The notes below the pieces were generated by a model, which was given only the letters and a program-made list of their open reading frames with translations, searched no databases and was not told where the DNA came from. Made by a program: the position numbers and the translations under genes. Of a stretch of 64,000 nucleotides of DNA, positions 11,960 through 24,300 are shown piece by piece. The first letter of the stretch is position 1; every line of letters begins with the position of its first letter. Location of the stretch: positions 13,143,558-13,207,557 of the forward strand of contig NC_090399.1 of NCBI RefSeq assembly GCF_036365525.1, read 5' to 3'. Source of the stretch: Heterodontus francisci (taxonomy: Eukaryota).

Positions 11960-14900
11960 AATAATAATAAAAGCAAAACACTGCAGATGCTGGAAATCTG
12001 AAATAAAACCAAAAAGGTGCTGGAAATACTCAGCAGGTCTGGCAGCATCTGTGGAGAGGGAAGCAGAGTTAACGTTTCAGGTCAGTGATCCTTCATCAGA
12101 ACTGACAAAGATTAGAAATGTAATAGGCTTTAAGCAAATAAAGCCTGGGTGGGGCAAGAGTTAACAAAAGGGAAGGTGTTGATAGGACAGAGGTTCACAG
12201 AGAATAACTGACAAGAAGGTCATGGAGCAAAGGCAAAGGGTGTGTTAATGGTGTGGTGAAAGACAAAGCGTTAGTGCAGAGAGGGTGTTAAATGACAGAA
12301 TAATGAACAGCCCTGGCAAAAAGCACCAAACATGAAAAAAAAAGTGGGCAGACACATGGTAAAAAAATGAATGACGAAACAAACTAAAATAAAAAGTAAA
12401 ACAAAAAATTAAAACTAAAAATAAAAAGGGGGCCTGTCATGCTCTGAAATTATTGAACTCAATGTTCAGTCCAGCAGGCTGTAGTGTGCCTAATGGGTAA
12501 ATGAGATGCTTTTCCTCGAGCTTGCGTTGATATTCACTGGAACACTGCAGCAAGTGCAGGACAGAGATGTGGGCATGAGAGTAGGGGAGTGTGTTGAAAT
12601 GACAAGCAACCGGAAGCTCGGGGTCCTGCTTTCGGACTGAATGCAGGTGTTCTGCAAAGCGGTCACCTAATCTGTGTTTGGTCTCCCGAATGTAGTGGAG
12701 ACTGCATTGTGAGCAGCGAATACAGGATACTAAATTGAAAGATGTACCAATTAAATCGCTGCTTCACCTGGAAGGAGTGTTTGGGACCTTGGATAGTGAG
12801 GAGAGAGGAGGTAAAAGTGCAGGTATTACACCTCCTGCAATTGCATGGGAAGGGGACGAGGTGTCAGGGGTAATGAAGGAGTGGACCAGGGTGTCATGGA
12901 AGGAACGATCCCTTCGGAAAGCTGACAGGGGAGGGGAGAGGAAGATGTATTTGGTAGTAGCATCACGCTGGAGGTGGCGGAAATGGTGGAGGATGATCCT
13001 TTGGATGTGGAGGCTGGTGGGGTGGAAAGTGAGGACAAAGGGAACCCTGTCACAGTTCTGGGAGGGAGGGGAAGAGGTGAGGGCAGAGGTACGGGAAATG
13101 GGCCGAACACGGTTGAGGGCCCTGTCAACCACAGGGGTGGGGTGGCAATCCTCGGTTGAGGAAAAAGGAAGACATATCAGAAGCCCTGTCATAGAAGGTA
13201 GCATCATCAGAGCAGATGCGTCGGAGACAGAGAAACTGGGAGAATGGAATGGAGTCCTTACAGGAGACAGGGTGTGAAGAAGTGTAGTCGAGGTAGTTGT
13301 GGGAGTCAGTGGGCTGATAATGGATATTAGTAGACAACCTATCCCCAGAGATGGAGTTAGAGAAGTCGAGGAAGGGAAGGCAAGTGTCAGAGATGGGCCA
13401 TGTAAAGGTGAGAGAAGGGTGGAAATTTGAAGCAAAGTTGATAGTGTTTTCCAGTTCCGGGCGGGAGCAGGAAACGGCACCGATAGTCATCAATGTATCG
13501 GAAAAAGAGTTGGGGGAGGGGGCCTGAATACGACTGGAACAAGGAATGTTCAACATATCCCACAAAATGACAGGCATAACTAGGACCCATGCGGGTACCC
13601 ATAGCAACACCTTTTACTTGAAGGAAGTGAGTGGAGTTGAAGGAGAAGTTGTCCAATGTGAGAACAAGTTCAGCCAGGCAGAGCAGGCAGAGGAGGGTGG
13701 TGGTGGATGGGGACCGGTTGGGCCTCTGTTCCAGGAAGAAGCAGAGAGCCCTCAAACCGTCCTGGTGGGGGATGGAGGTGTAGAGCGATTGGACGTCCAT
13801 AGTGAAGAGGAGGCGGTTGGGGCCAGGAAACTGGAAGTTGTCAAAATGACGTAGGGCGTCAGAGGAGTCACGGATGTAGGTGGGAAGAGACTGGACCAGA
13901 GGTGAAAAGATAAAGTCAAGATAGGAAGAAATAAGTTCAGTGGGGCAGGAGCAGGCTGAAAGAATGGGTCTGCCAGGACAGTCCTGTTTGTGGATTTTGG
14001 GAAGGAGGTAGAAGCGGGCTGTCTGGGGTTGCGGGACTATAAGGTTGGAAGCTGTAGAGGGAAGATCTCCAGAGGAGATAAGGTCACTGACAGTCCTGTG
14101 GACAGTTGCTTAATGTTCGGTGGTGGGGTCATGGGCCAGGGGGAAGTAGGAAGAAGTGTCTGAGAGTTGGCGCTGAGCATCTGCAAGGTCGAGGTCGGTA
14201 CACCAGACAACAACAGCACCACCCTTGTCTGCAGGTTTGATCACAATGTCGAGGTTAGACCTGAGAGAACGAAGTGTGGCAAGTTCAGAGGGGGACAGGT
14301 TAGAGTGAGTGAGGGGGGCAGAGAAATTGAGATGGCTGATGTCTCGCTGACAGTTTTCAATGAAAAGATCAAGAGCGGGTAATCGACCAGAGGGAGGGGT
14401 TCAGAGAGGAAGAATGCTGGAGGCGGGTGAATGGGTCTGCTGGTCGGGGGGGGCGGGGGGGGGAGGACTCCTGGTTAAAGAAGTGAGCATGGAGGTGAAG
14501 GCGATGGAAGAAGAGCTCAACGTCATGCCGAGAGCGAAATTCATTGAGGTTGTGGCGTAAGGGGATAAAACGGAGTCCTTTGCTGAGTACAGAACGTTCA
14601 GAACGTCAGAGAAGGGAAGGTCAGAGGGCATAGTGAAGACACGGCAAGGGGTCAGATCAGAAGGGGTGGGGTCAGAGGGAAGTGAAGGTGAAGATGGGTT
14701 TGGAAGGGCATTAGTCCCCATCAGCTGCTGGAACTGCCTTCCGTAACACCTGAAAGGAGGAAAAATAGGTTTTTGTTAAAACGTCGGATAAGATGAAGGA
14801 TGAAATGAAACTGTGGAGTAGAACAGCTTTGAGATAAGGTGAGGCGGTGCTGCGGAGAGAGAGGTCCAGTGTGTACATGTGGCAGTGCATGGCACTGAGT

Positions 14901-15160
14901 GTGGATTTCAGGATGCTGCGAGAACAGCAGTCCGAGGAACGATACATTTCTCGGTGATATCTGTAATCCTGGGTCGATTCAAAATATGAAGGATGAAACT
15001 TCAGTTGGAATCCACGTGGAATAAGTCGGAGCTGGAGACAGTTGCTGAGGAAGGAGATGTGGCTGTGAAAACAAGTTTTGGAAGATACTTTATCAAACAC
15101 CAGGAGGTAAATAGAAAGCAATGAAGGTGAACAAGGTAAAAGAGACAAACGAAAATCCCA
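11960..15160 (-). mobile_element. Penelope-like retroelement (RT plus GIY-YIG endonuclease), degraded
   Basis: DVQSLYTSIPH, GVAMGTRMGPSYA, FRYIDD, PFLD and YLDYTSSHP motifs; NLVSCIRCSQC..YIRETKHRLGDRFAEH (GIY-YIG remnant) at ~12640..12735; terminal repeat at 11960..12110. Confidence 0.9.
12067..12103 (-). ncRNA. Minimal type I hammerhead ribozyme motif in the Penelope terminal repeat
   Basis: AGTT-CTGATGA-AGGATCACTGACCT-GAAA-CGTT-AACT: intact core, 4-bp stem I, palindromic ACGU stem III as described for Penelope-like element HHRs. Confidence 0.7.
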
Positions 15161-15203
15161 CAGAACCATAGAAAACATACAGCACAGGAGACCGTTCAGC
15201 CCG

Positions 15204-15543
15204 TTTAGTTTAGAGATACAGCACTGAAACAGGCCCTTCGGCCCACCGGCTCTGTGCTGACCATCAACCACTCATTTATCCTAATCCGACACTAATTCCA
15301 TATTCCTACCACATCCCCACCTGTCCCTATATTTCCCTACCACCTACCTGTACTAGGGGCAATTTATAATGGCCAATTAACCTATCAACCAGCAAGTCTT
15401 TGGCATATGGGAGGAAACCGGAGCACCCGGAGGAAACCCACGCAGACACAGGGAGAACTTGCAAACTCCACACAGGCAGTACCCAGTATTGAACCCGGGT
15501 CGCTGGAGCTGTGAGGCTGCGGTGCTAACCACTGCGCCACTGT
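15204..15543 (-). mobile_element. HE1-like V-SINE
   Basis: tRNA-like head, V-domain TGTGTGGAGTTTGCAAGTTCTCCCTGTGTCTGCGTGGGTTTCCTCCGGGTGCTCCGG, CR1-derived tail. Confidence 0.85.
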
Positions 15544-15544
15544 C

Positions 15545-16350
15545 CATGCTGGCCCCCTGGTAATTGACTTCTCCGCTTGGGGAAACAGGTCCTTCCTGTC
15601 TACTCTATCTAGGCCTCTCAAAATTTTGTGCACCTCAATTCTTGAGTGTTGTTGGATCTGGAGTCACAGAACCATAGTAAAGTTACGGCACATAAAGAGG
15701 CCATTCATCCCATCGTGTCTGCACCGGCTGAAAAAAAAACGAGCTGCCCATTCTAATCCCACTTTCCAGCACCTGGTCTGTAGCCTTGCAGGTTACAGAA
15801 CTTCAGGTGCATGTCCAGGCACCTTTTAAGTAAGTTGAGGGTTTCTGCCTCCACCACTGATCTGGGCAGTGAATTCCAGACACCCACCACCCTCTGGGTG
15901 AAAAACTTTTTCCTCATGTCCCCTGTAATCCTTCTACCAATCACCTTAAATTTGTGCCCCCTGGTAATCGACTTCTCCGCTAGGGGAAACAGGTCCTTCC
16001 TGTATACTCTATCTAGCCGCCTTATAATTTTGTACACCTCAATAAAGTCACCCCTGAGCCTCCTCTGTTCTAAGGAAAACAGCCCTCGCTGATCCAATCT
16101 TTCCTCATAGCTGCAACTTTCGAGCCCTGGTAACATTCTTGTAAATCTCCTTTGTACTGTCTCCAGAGCAATTATGTCCTTTCTGTAATGTAACCAGAAC
16201 TGTAGGTAACACTCCAGATGTGGCCTAACCAGTGTTTTATACAGTTGCAGCATTACATCCCTGCTTTTGAATTCTATACCTCGGCCAATAAAGGAAAGCA
16301 TTCCATATGCCTTCTTCACCACTTAATCTATCTGTCCTGCCACCTTCAGG
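15545..16350 (-). mobile_element. CR1 LINE 3' fragments
   Basis: ORF 15753..16322 with LYKTLVRPHLE and RLRGDFIEVYKI. Confidence 0.9.
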
Positions 16351-17886
16351 AACCTCGTCCCTCCTCGGCTTCTTCTCCACCCGGGCGGCCTCGTCCTTCT
16401 GCCCCTTGCTGAGCTTGAAGGAGCCCGAGGCGCCGCTTGCCCGTGCTCTGCACCAGCGTGCCTTTATTCACCAGGCTCCGGAGCGCCTGCTTGAGCCGCC
16501 ACTTGTTCCCGGCCACGTCGAAGCCGCTGCGGCACCTCTCCTCCTGGCCAGCTGCGGGGGCTTGGAGCCCTTCCTCTTCCTGGCCGGCAGGATGTCGCTC
16601 ATGGCTGGGCTTCGGGAGCTTTTCCCTCTCTCTCTCTCTCTGTCGGGAAATGAAGAGTTTCCAGCAGCCGCCGCTATTTAACCGGGTGAGCCGGACGCTG
16701 CAGTGTCAAAGACAACTCCAGGGTCTCCCCCAGCCCCCAAGACCAGGACCTGGGGGGACATCTCAAACCCTTAAAATCTTCCCAAAAAACAAACACATTT
16801 ACACCGGGAGATCCCTTTTTAACAAACCGTGGACCAAGCTGAAGCCTTTCCAGACATTTTAATTCAGGACAGTTGTTCAAGTCTGGTTCTTATAACAAAT
16901 TCACACAAAGGTCTCCTCCAGCTCAGCTTAAAACACCTGAAAACAAAACACACCAGAAAATTAAGCCGCCTTCTTACCAAAGTATATGTCACCTTAGAGC
17001 GATTCTGTATTTCCAGAGGGGCTCTCTCTCTCTCCCCCCTTTAAAATCCTGGTCACTACGTTTGATGAAAAGTTTCCTCAAAAATTTGAGCGTTTCTCCA
17101 TCTCTTCCACTGTGGGATATCCTGGGACGTGTTGTGACTTCAAATGCCATTTGTAAATGCAAGTTGGGCAGATTTCAAATAAATAAATAAATAAATAACC
17201 TCTTACCTCCCCATCATGTTCATCTCTTCCTCGTACAATATCTTCAGGATCTAAACACGGCGTCGCTTGATAATATTCTTAGATTCATATTTCCCCCCAC
17301 TTTTCCCCCACCTACAATATTGGCGGTCCGGCAACAAAGATCTTCCCTGAATACCTGGATTTCAATATCAGAGTGAATCCTTCAACTGAAATCCTTGTTC
17401 TCAAGACATGTTGGAGTGAGAGTTCTTCATTGGGCGTCACTTGTCCCATTCCCCTGTGCATTTCCCAATGTCTTCATGCAATCTTGAGTCGAAGTAAAAA
17501 GCGTGATATGAAACATATTTCATGACGAGAGCACACCGGGTGCAGTTTGGTTAGACCTTGAAAGATTAATTTGGCTGAAATCAGCGACTGCAAACGGAGA
17601 TAAGAGGCTCTCATTGATGATTTAATTTGAAACTGGGACCCACCTTACATTAGACTACAGGGAGAGCACTCTCAGCAGAGTATTAAACCCAGGAAACGAA
17701 AAACTGTCTTGCAAGAAGCGATACAGTGGATCATCTACATCTATGGGCAAAAGTCCCCAGCTAGTTATCGGCTGCAGGTAGATGGTGGATTCATGCTTAA
17801 CTATTGAGTTAACTCAGGAATCTGACATTGTCGTATTTTGCGAAGTTAGACACGATTAATAGCCCCACGTTCAGACCTTGTTAAGT

Positions 17887-17902
17887 GGCTCTTAAAAGAG
17901 CC
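17887..17902 (-). terminator. Histone 3' stem-loop of H2B
   Basis: GGCTCTTTTAAGAGCC on the minus strand, about 50 nt after the stop. Confidence 0.95.
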
Positions 17903-17951
17903 GTTGGACGGTTTTCTACTGTCAAGTAATTGCAAGTTTCTTTCTGGGGCT

Positions 17952-18359
17952 CTACTTGGAGCTGGTGTATTTGGTGACCGCCTTTGTGCCCTCGGAGACG
18001 GCGTGCTTGGCCAGTTCCCCCGGCAGCAGGAGGCGGACGGCGCTCTGGATCTCCCTGGAGGAGATGGTCTGGCGCCTGGTGTAATGGACCAGGCGGGAAG
18101 CCTCGCAGGATATGCGCTCGAAGATGTCGTTGACGAAGGAGTTGATGACACTCATGGCCTTGGAGGAGATGCCCGTGTCGGGGTGGACCTGCTTCAGCAC
18201 CTTGTAGATGTAGATGCTGTAGCTCTCCTTCCGGCTCCTCCGGTGCTTCTTGTCGCCCTTCCTGGACATTTTCATCGCCGTTTTCTTGGACCCTTTCTTG
18301 GAAACGGCGCCTTTGGCGCCGGCGGCCGTGACACTGGTGGAAACAGCGGCGGTCGGCAT
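17952..18359 (-). CDS. H2B: Histone H2B variant, 135 aa, extended N-terminus ([17 protein letters not shown]...)
   Basis: Histone fold [15 protein letters not shown]...[23 protein letters not shown]; first ATG at 18359; TATA, octamer and stem-loop present. Confidence 0.95.
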   Translation of the reverse strand: MPTAAVSTSVTAAGAKGAVSKKGSKKTAMKMSRKGDKKHRRSRKESYSIYIYKVLKQVHPDTGISSKAMSVINSFVNDIFERISCEASRLVHYTRRQTISSREIQSAVRLLLPGELAKHAVSEGTKAVTKYTSSK

Positions 18360-18442
18360 TTGCAAAACTCTTCCAAACTGCTCCGCCTCCACACTCAAAT
18401 CGCCTCGCAGCAGCTATTCCCCCTCCCGCCTCAGCTCCTCCT

Positions 18443-18497
18443 TATATATAGGCAGTGCCATGCTAATGTGGGATTGCAGCTCACCCATTCCAATTGG
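18443..18497 (-). promoter_or_regulatory. H2B promoter: TATA, octamer variant, CCAAT
   Basis: TATATATA 18443..18450; ATTAGCAT (minus strand) 18460..18467; CCAATTGG 18490..18497. Confidence 0.8.
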
Positions 18498-18986
18498 CTG
18501 CTCTGCCAGCACCAGGTCAGGTCCTGGGACGACCCAGGGTAACGGAGAAATGTAGCACCCTTGGGCGATGGCAACAGTTCCTCGTTTCCCGGGGGTTTAA
18601 GCAATACCGAGAGCCGGGGGCACAACTTCGAAAGAGTTAACTTCCAAGAAACGGGGCGGCGGGAGGCTGTTCCACAGGCTCCAGTCGAGAGCAGACGCTG
18701 CTCATCCCATCCGAGTTAAAACACACACCCAGAGCCAACAAAGCTCGGCGAATCGGTGCGATCCTAAAATCGATTAATAACCAATCAGAAGTGAAGTGAA
18801 GTGAAGAGAGAAAATGACCAAAATTAATCTTGCAGCGGGTAAAGGAAAGAGAGTCATTGGAATGTATATAAAAACATGCAGGAATGGGTTAAAAGGAGAC
18901 TACAAAAAAAAAAGAGGAATCATTGCAGATGCATAAACTACTAGAAAACACTTCTTTTCAGTACAGTATCTGGAGAGAAGAAGCAG

Positions 18987-19023
18987 AGTTTACGTTTCGG
19001 GTCAGTGACCTTTCAGCAGAACT
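18987..19023 (-). ncRNA. Hammerhead-like motif in a Penelope-derived repeat (core variant CUGCUGA)
   Basis: AGTT-CTGCTGA-AAGGTCACTGACCC-GAAA-CGTA-AACT. Confidence 0.5.
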
Positions 19024-19357
19024 GGCAAAGGTTAGAAATGTCAGTACTTTTTTTTAAAAAATCAGTACTTCAACATTAAGAGGGCAGTCAGAGAGAATTA
19101 TAAAATGTCAAAGGGCTGGAAGCATGGAAAAAGCACAAGATGGTAAACTTTCTGAATGAATGCTTCCACATTTTCACGAACATGCTGCCTCCAAACTGGC
19201 TTGGTTTGTGAAGCTGGAAGCTTGGAGAATGGTGACTGGGTCAACCAGGCAGTTATCGCATCTACCAGAGCGAGAGCTGGATGTTCAGCACCAGACAGTT
19301 CATTGAAAGAGCGACCACACGGTATTTATATTGATTTCTCTTTTTGAAGGTGGTGGT

Positions 19358-19373
19358 GGCTCTGAAAAGAGCC
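19358..19373 (-). terminator. Histone 3' stem-loop of the H1-like gene
   Basis: GGCTCTTTTCAGAGCC followed by ACCAC and an AAAAGAGAAA downstream element. Confidence 0.95.
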
Positions 19374-19415
19374 TTTTTTGTTCACTTTGATATATTTCAC
19401 ACTCGGATTCCGCCC

Positions 19416-20066
19416 TCAGGGTTTCCCGCCTTGGACGGTGCCCTCGGAACTGCTTTCCCCTCCCGGCTGTTGCTCGGCCTCCTGCCCACCGGGCGGACCG
19501 GCGTCTGGCGCCGGCTCCCTGGCCGCTTTCCGGGGCCGCCCGACCCCCCTCCGGGGACCGGACCTGCCGCCGGTTCCCTTCGCGGCCTTTCGCCGGCCGC
19601 CGGCGGTGCCGTTCTTCTTCCGCCTGACCGGCTTGTTCTTCTCGGCGGGGGTCCTCTTCTTCTCCCTCTTAGCGGTGCCGCCGCTGGCGGCCGCCCTCTG
19701 CTGCCCGCCCCGGGGGGCGGTGGCAGTGAGGGCCGGGCGGCTCTGAATGTCCTGGCGCTGCCGGTTGATCTTGAAGGAGCCCGAGGCCCCGGTGCCCGCC
19801 GTTTGCAGCAGCGAGCCTTCGTTCACCAGGTTCCGGACCGCCTGGTTCACCCGCGAGTTGATCCGCGGCACGTCGTAGCCGGCGGCCGACAGCGCCTTCT
19901 TGACGCCGGCCAGCGACAGGCCGCGACGCTCCCGGGAAGACGACACCGCCTCCAGGATGTGCCCGGCCATGGTGGGCGCGCCCACCTGCCGCAGCTTGGG
20001 CGGGACCCTCCGCTTCCTCGGCTTCCTGCCTCGGGTGGGGCCTTCGGCCAGATCACCCGAAGCCAT
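19416..20066 (-). CDS. Arg-rich histone H1-like protein, 216 aa, stem-loop type
   Basis: Winged helix ILEAVSSSRERRGLSLAGVKKALSAAGYDV...LVNEGSLLQTAGTGASGSFKIN; TATATA at 20278..20283; CCAATTGG at 20362..20369; stem-loop. Confidence 0.9.
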   Translation of the reverse strand: MASGDLAEGPTRGRKPRKRRVPPKLRQVGAPTMAGHILEAVSSSRERRGLSLAGVKKALSAAGYDVPRINSRVNQAVRNLVNEGSLLQTAGTGASGSFKINRQRQDIQSRPALTATAPRGGQQRAAASGGTAKREKKRTPAEKNKPVRRKKNGTAGGRRKAAKGTGGRSGPRRGVGRPRKAAREPAPDAGPPGGQEAEQQPGGESSSEGTVQGGKP

Positions 20067-21235
20067 TTGGTCGCTGCCGGCGGCGCCTTGCCTTCTCTTC
20101 CCCAGCGGCTGCTCCGCCCTCCTCGCCGCGGGGACCGAAGCTGCCGAGCGGGCGGCGGCGGCGGCGCCTTTTCAAAGCTCAAGGCGGACGTTTTAGAGGC
20201 GAGTCCTCCCACGGGCAGAGCCGGCGCGTGCTCCCAGGGAAGGGGCGCTTTGCAGCTTCCTCGCTGTGACTGCAAAATATATAGAATAATGTAAACGTCC
20301 CGTTTGCTTGCAAGGTCTGCAAACCTTCACTGCCCACCACCCCCGCCGTGCGCGCAAATTTCCAATTGGGTTGAATTCTTCAAATCTTCAGACCCTCCCC
20401 ACCTTCCCCCAGCTGCTGCATCCAGGACACGCACCCATACAGTCTAAACTCTCAACTCCCGCTTGCCTTACCCCGGTTGCATCAATGGGTTACTTTTTAA
20501 AACATACCGCGACCGGATTAAAAGGTGTATTTTTTTTCTTTCCTGTTTATTTACTCAGCGTGTAGCAAAGGGTCTCTACTATAGCGCCTTTCACGACCAC
20601 AGGACCTGCTAAAGCTGTTGACAGCCAATGAAGCACTGTCTGCAGTGTCGTCACTGTGCAACAGAACTCATGATCAAAGCGACAGACAAGTCTCCTGATG
20701 AAAGGAAGGTCATTTCTCCAGCAAACACAAATATGTGCGTAAAATCGATCATAGTTATTTGCAGCAATCTGGGCTCCACTCGTGATTGACAGGAGAATTA
20801 CCCAATCATCTCCATTCTGGCCGGAACTTGTAGTTTCACCATATGCAACTGAAGAGTACAGCAAGATATTTGTTCATTTCATTCATGTTCATTCATAAAA
20901 TAAAATGGGACGCAGGATTATATTGACGTTGTGGCGCAATGCGAATAAGATTTTAAATTTAATCCCAAATTGATAATTAATATTCATCATGGGTTAAGTA
21001 TATTGGTGCAAAGTTTGCTGCAACCCAGCATAATTTACAGTTTACACCACGGAGATGAGTTATTCCCTTGGGCTTTGCTTGCAGCATCAATACAGTTTGC
21101 TTGATTAGTCCACTTCTTCACGCGTACATGCCCATTCCCGCAGATCATTCAGGCATCGCTGGAACTTTTTGGAGTTCTTGGGAGAATATCAGAACTACAA
21201 CGTACAACATCTATCTCCCTCCAAAACAGGTATAC

Positions 21236-21335
21236 CGTTCCGAAGAAGGGTCACTGACCCGAAACGTTAACTCTGCTTCTCTTTCCACAGATGCTGCCAG
21301 ACCTGCTGAGTGATTCCAGCATTTCTTGTTTTTGA
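21236..21335 (+). mobile_element. Penelope-derived terminal repeat with hammerhead-like motif (core CCGAAGA)
   Basis: GTT-CCGAAGA-AGGGTCACTGACCC-GAAA-CGTT-AACT followed by the TCCACAGATGCTGCCAGACCTGCTGAG repeat. Confidence 0.65.
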
Positions 21336-23628
21336 TACCGTTTTGGATACTGTTGAGGGAGATGGCTCACCAAGGCAAGGCAGCAGAAGCCAGGTTCATG
21401 GCACTGTGGCTGGCTCTGCTGTTCGGAAGGGCGGGAAAAAGAGTGGAAGGGCTATAGTCATCGGGGATTCGATTGTAAGGGGAGTAGATAGGCGGTTCTG
21501 TGGTCGAAAACGAGACTCCCGAATGGTATGTTGCCTCCCAGGTGCACGGGTCAGGGATGTCTCAGATCGGCTGCAGATGTTCCTGTGAAAATGAGGGATA
21601 GAAATGGCAAGATTAGGGAACCATGGATGGCAGGTGAAATTGTGAGACCAGCTAAGAGGAAAAAGAAAGCATACATAAGGTCTAGGAGGCTGAAGAAAGA
21701 CGAAGCTTTGAAAGAATATCGGGAATGTAGGACCAATCTAAAATCAGGAATCAAGAGGGCTAAAAGGGGTCATGAAATATCTTTAGCAAACAGGGTTAAG
21801 GAAAATCCCAAAGCCTTTTATTCATATATAAGGAGCAAGAGGGTAACTAGAGAAAGGATTGGCCCACTCAAGGACAAAGGAGGAAAGTTATGCGTGAAGT
21901 CAGAGAAAATGGGTGAGATTTTAAACGAGTACTTTGCATCGGTATTCACCGAGGAGAGGGACATGACAGATGTTGAGGTTAGGGACAGATGTTTGATTAC
22001 TCTAGGTCAAGTCGGCATAAGGAGGGAGGAAGTGTTGGGTATTCTAAAAGACATTAAGGTGGACAAGTCCCCAGGTCCGGATGGGATCTATCCCAGGTTA
22101 CTGTGGGAAGCGAGAGAGGAAATAGCTGGGGCCTTAACAGATATCTTTGCAGCATCCTTAAACACGGGTGAGGTCCCGGAGGACTGGAGAATTGCTAATG
22201 TTGTCCCCTTGTTTAAGAAGGGTAGCAGGGAAAATCCAGGTAATTATAGACCGGTGAGCCTGAAGTCAGTGGTAGGGAAGCTGCTGGAGAAGATACTGAG
22301 GGATAGGATCTATTCCCATTTGGAAGAAAATGGGCTTATCAGTGATAGGCAACATGGTTTTGTGCAGGGAAGGTCATGTCTTACCAACTTAATAGAATTC
22401 TTTGAGGAAGTGATAAAGTTGATTGATGAGGGAAGGGCTGTAGATGTCATATACATGGACTTCAGTAAGGCGTTTAATAAGGTTCCCCATGGTAGGCTGG
22501 TGGAGAAAGTGAAGTCGCATGGGGTCCAGGGTGTACTAGCTAGATGGATAAAGAACTGGCTGGGCAACAGGAGACAGAGAGTAGTAGTGGAAGGGAGTTT
22601 CTCAAAATAGAGACGTGTGACCAGTGGTGTTCCACAGGAATCCGTGCTGGGACCACTGTTGTTTGTGATATACATAAATGATTTGGAGGAAAATATAGGT
22701 GGTCTGATCAGCAAGTTTACAGACGACACTAAGATTGGTGGAGTAGCAGATAGTGAAGGGGACTGTCAGAGAATACAGCAGAATATAGATAGACTGGAGA
22801 GTTGGGCAGAGAAATGGCAGATGGAGTTCAATCAGGGCAAATGCGAGGTGATGCATTTTGGAAGATCCAATTCAAGAGTGAACTATACAGTAAATGGAAA
22901 AGTCCTGGGGAAAATTGATGTACAGAGTGATTTGGGTGTTCAGGTCCATTGTTCCCTGAAGGTGGCAACGCAGGTCAATAGAGTGGTCAAGAAGGCATAC
23001 GGCATGCTTTCCTTCATTGGACGGGGTATTGAGTACAAGAGTTGGCAGGTCATGTTACAGTTGTATAAGACTTTGGTTCGGCCACACTTGGAATACTGCG
23101 TGCAGTTCTGGTCGCCACATTACCAAAAGGATGTAGATGCTTTGGAGAGGGTGCAGAGGAGGTTCACCAGGATATGGAGGGCGCTAGCTATGAAGAGAGG
23201 TTGAGTAGATTAGGATTATTTTCATTAGAAAGACGGAGGTTGAGGGGGGACCTGATTGAGGTGTACAAAATCATGAGAGGTATAGACAGGGTGGATAGCA
23301 AGAAGCTTTTTCCCAGAGTGGGGGATTCAATTACTAGGGGTCATGAGTTCAAAGTGAGAGGGGAAAAGTTTAGGGGGGATATGCATGGAAAGTTCTTTAC
23401 GCAGAGGGTGGTGGGTGCCTGGAACGCGTTGCCAGCGGAGGTGGTAGACGCGGGCACGATAGCGTCTTTTAAGATGTATCTAGACAGATACATGAATGGG
23501 CAGGAAACAAAGAGATACAGACCCTTAGAAAATAGGCAACAGGTTGAGATAGAGGATCTGGATCGGCGCAGGCTTGGAGGGCCGAAGGGCCTGTTCCTGT
23601 GCTGTCATTTTCTTTGTTCTTTGTTCTT
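21336..23628 (+). mobile_element. CR1 LINE with an ORF1 esterase remnant joined by internal deletion to ORF2 RT
   Basis: AIVIGDSIVRG...CCLPGARVRDV (SGNH/GDSL-like ORF1), then RT ORFs 21528..23761; (TTTGTTC)n tail. Confidence 0.92.
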
Positions 23629-24112
23629 CGATATATTGTGGGGAAACCCCAATTGCTTGGTGAGATGTTGGAATGCAACTGTTACTGGTCCTTTTTATTC
23701 TTCTGTATTGAATAATTTAATGCCCTCACGGTGGTGTTGGAAGACAATTCAAAGATGGTAAACCCATTATAGTTGTAACATAATCCTTTTATTATGTTTG
23801 ATCAGGTCCAGATACATGCAATGTCTTTTGAAGTGGCCACACAGAGCAATAAACACAAGTATCCCATTTTCCTCTGGCTAGAGACATGACTTTGTTGGTC
23901 CTTTCAATGCTGGCTGTCTCTACAAATTGTCAATGAAGCTCAAGATCGTTATATTTCTCCAGTCGCGTATGCCACCCTTGCTGATTCATTATGGCATGAC
24001 AAGTGTTATTGTGAATAAGAGCCATGAGCAAGGCCAAAGAAGCAACAGCAACAAGAGGAAAATCAACAAGAGAAATATCTTTTTTATGCAGTGAATGGTT
24101 AGTATTTGACAT

Positions 24113-24300
24113 TCAATCATGGCTTTCAAAAGGGAATTGGATAATTATCTGAAGAGAAAACAATTTCAGGGCTATGGGGTAAAGGCAGGGGAGTGGACCT
24201 AAGCGAGTTGCTCTTGCACAGGGCCAGCATGGATACATCAGGCCAAAGGGCCTCCTTCTGTGCTGTAGCCATTCAATGATTCTATGATTAGAGCATTCAA
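24113..24300 (-). mobile_element. CR1 3' end fragment
   Basis: CR1-like 3' UTR (GGGCCTCCTTCTGTGCTG on the + strand); strand uncertain. Confidence 0.5.

Larger units (their letters stand above)
11748..16602 (-). pseudogene. Histone H1-like pseudogene split by ~4.4 kb of TE insertions (5' part 16351..16602, 3' part 11748..11958)
   Basis: 5' part: MSDILPARKRK then, across frameshifts, SGFDVAGNKWRLKQALRSLVNKGTLVQSTG and SGASGSFKLSK (H1 helix 3 and wing). 3' part: basic tail PKKRVAPRKMRKSS...KPRSPKGRKAARSPGK. TTAAATA box at 16675..16681. Confidence 0.75.

Noticed and set aside
16791-16797. H1-box AAACACA upstream of the H1 pseudogene
   Set aside because: Wrong strand for a minus-strand gene and within an A-rich tract
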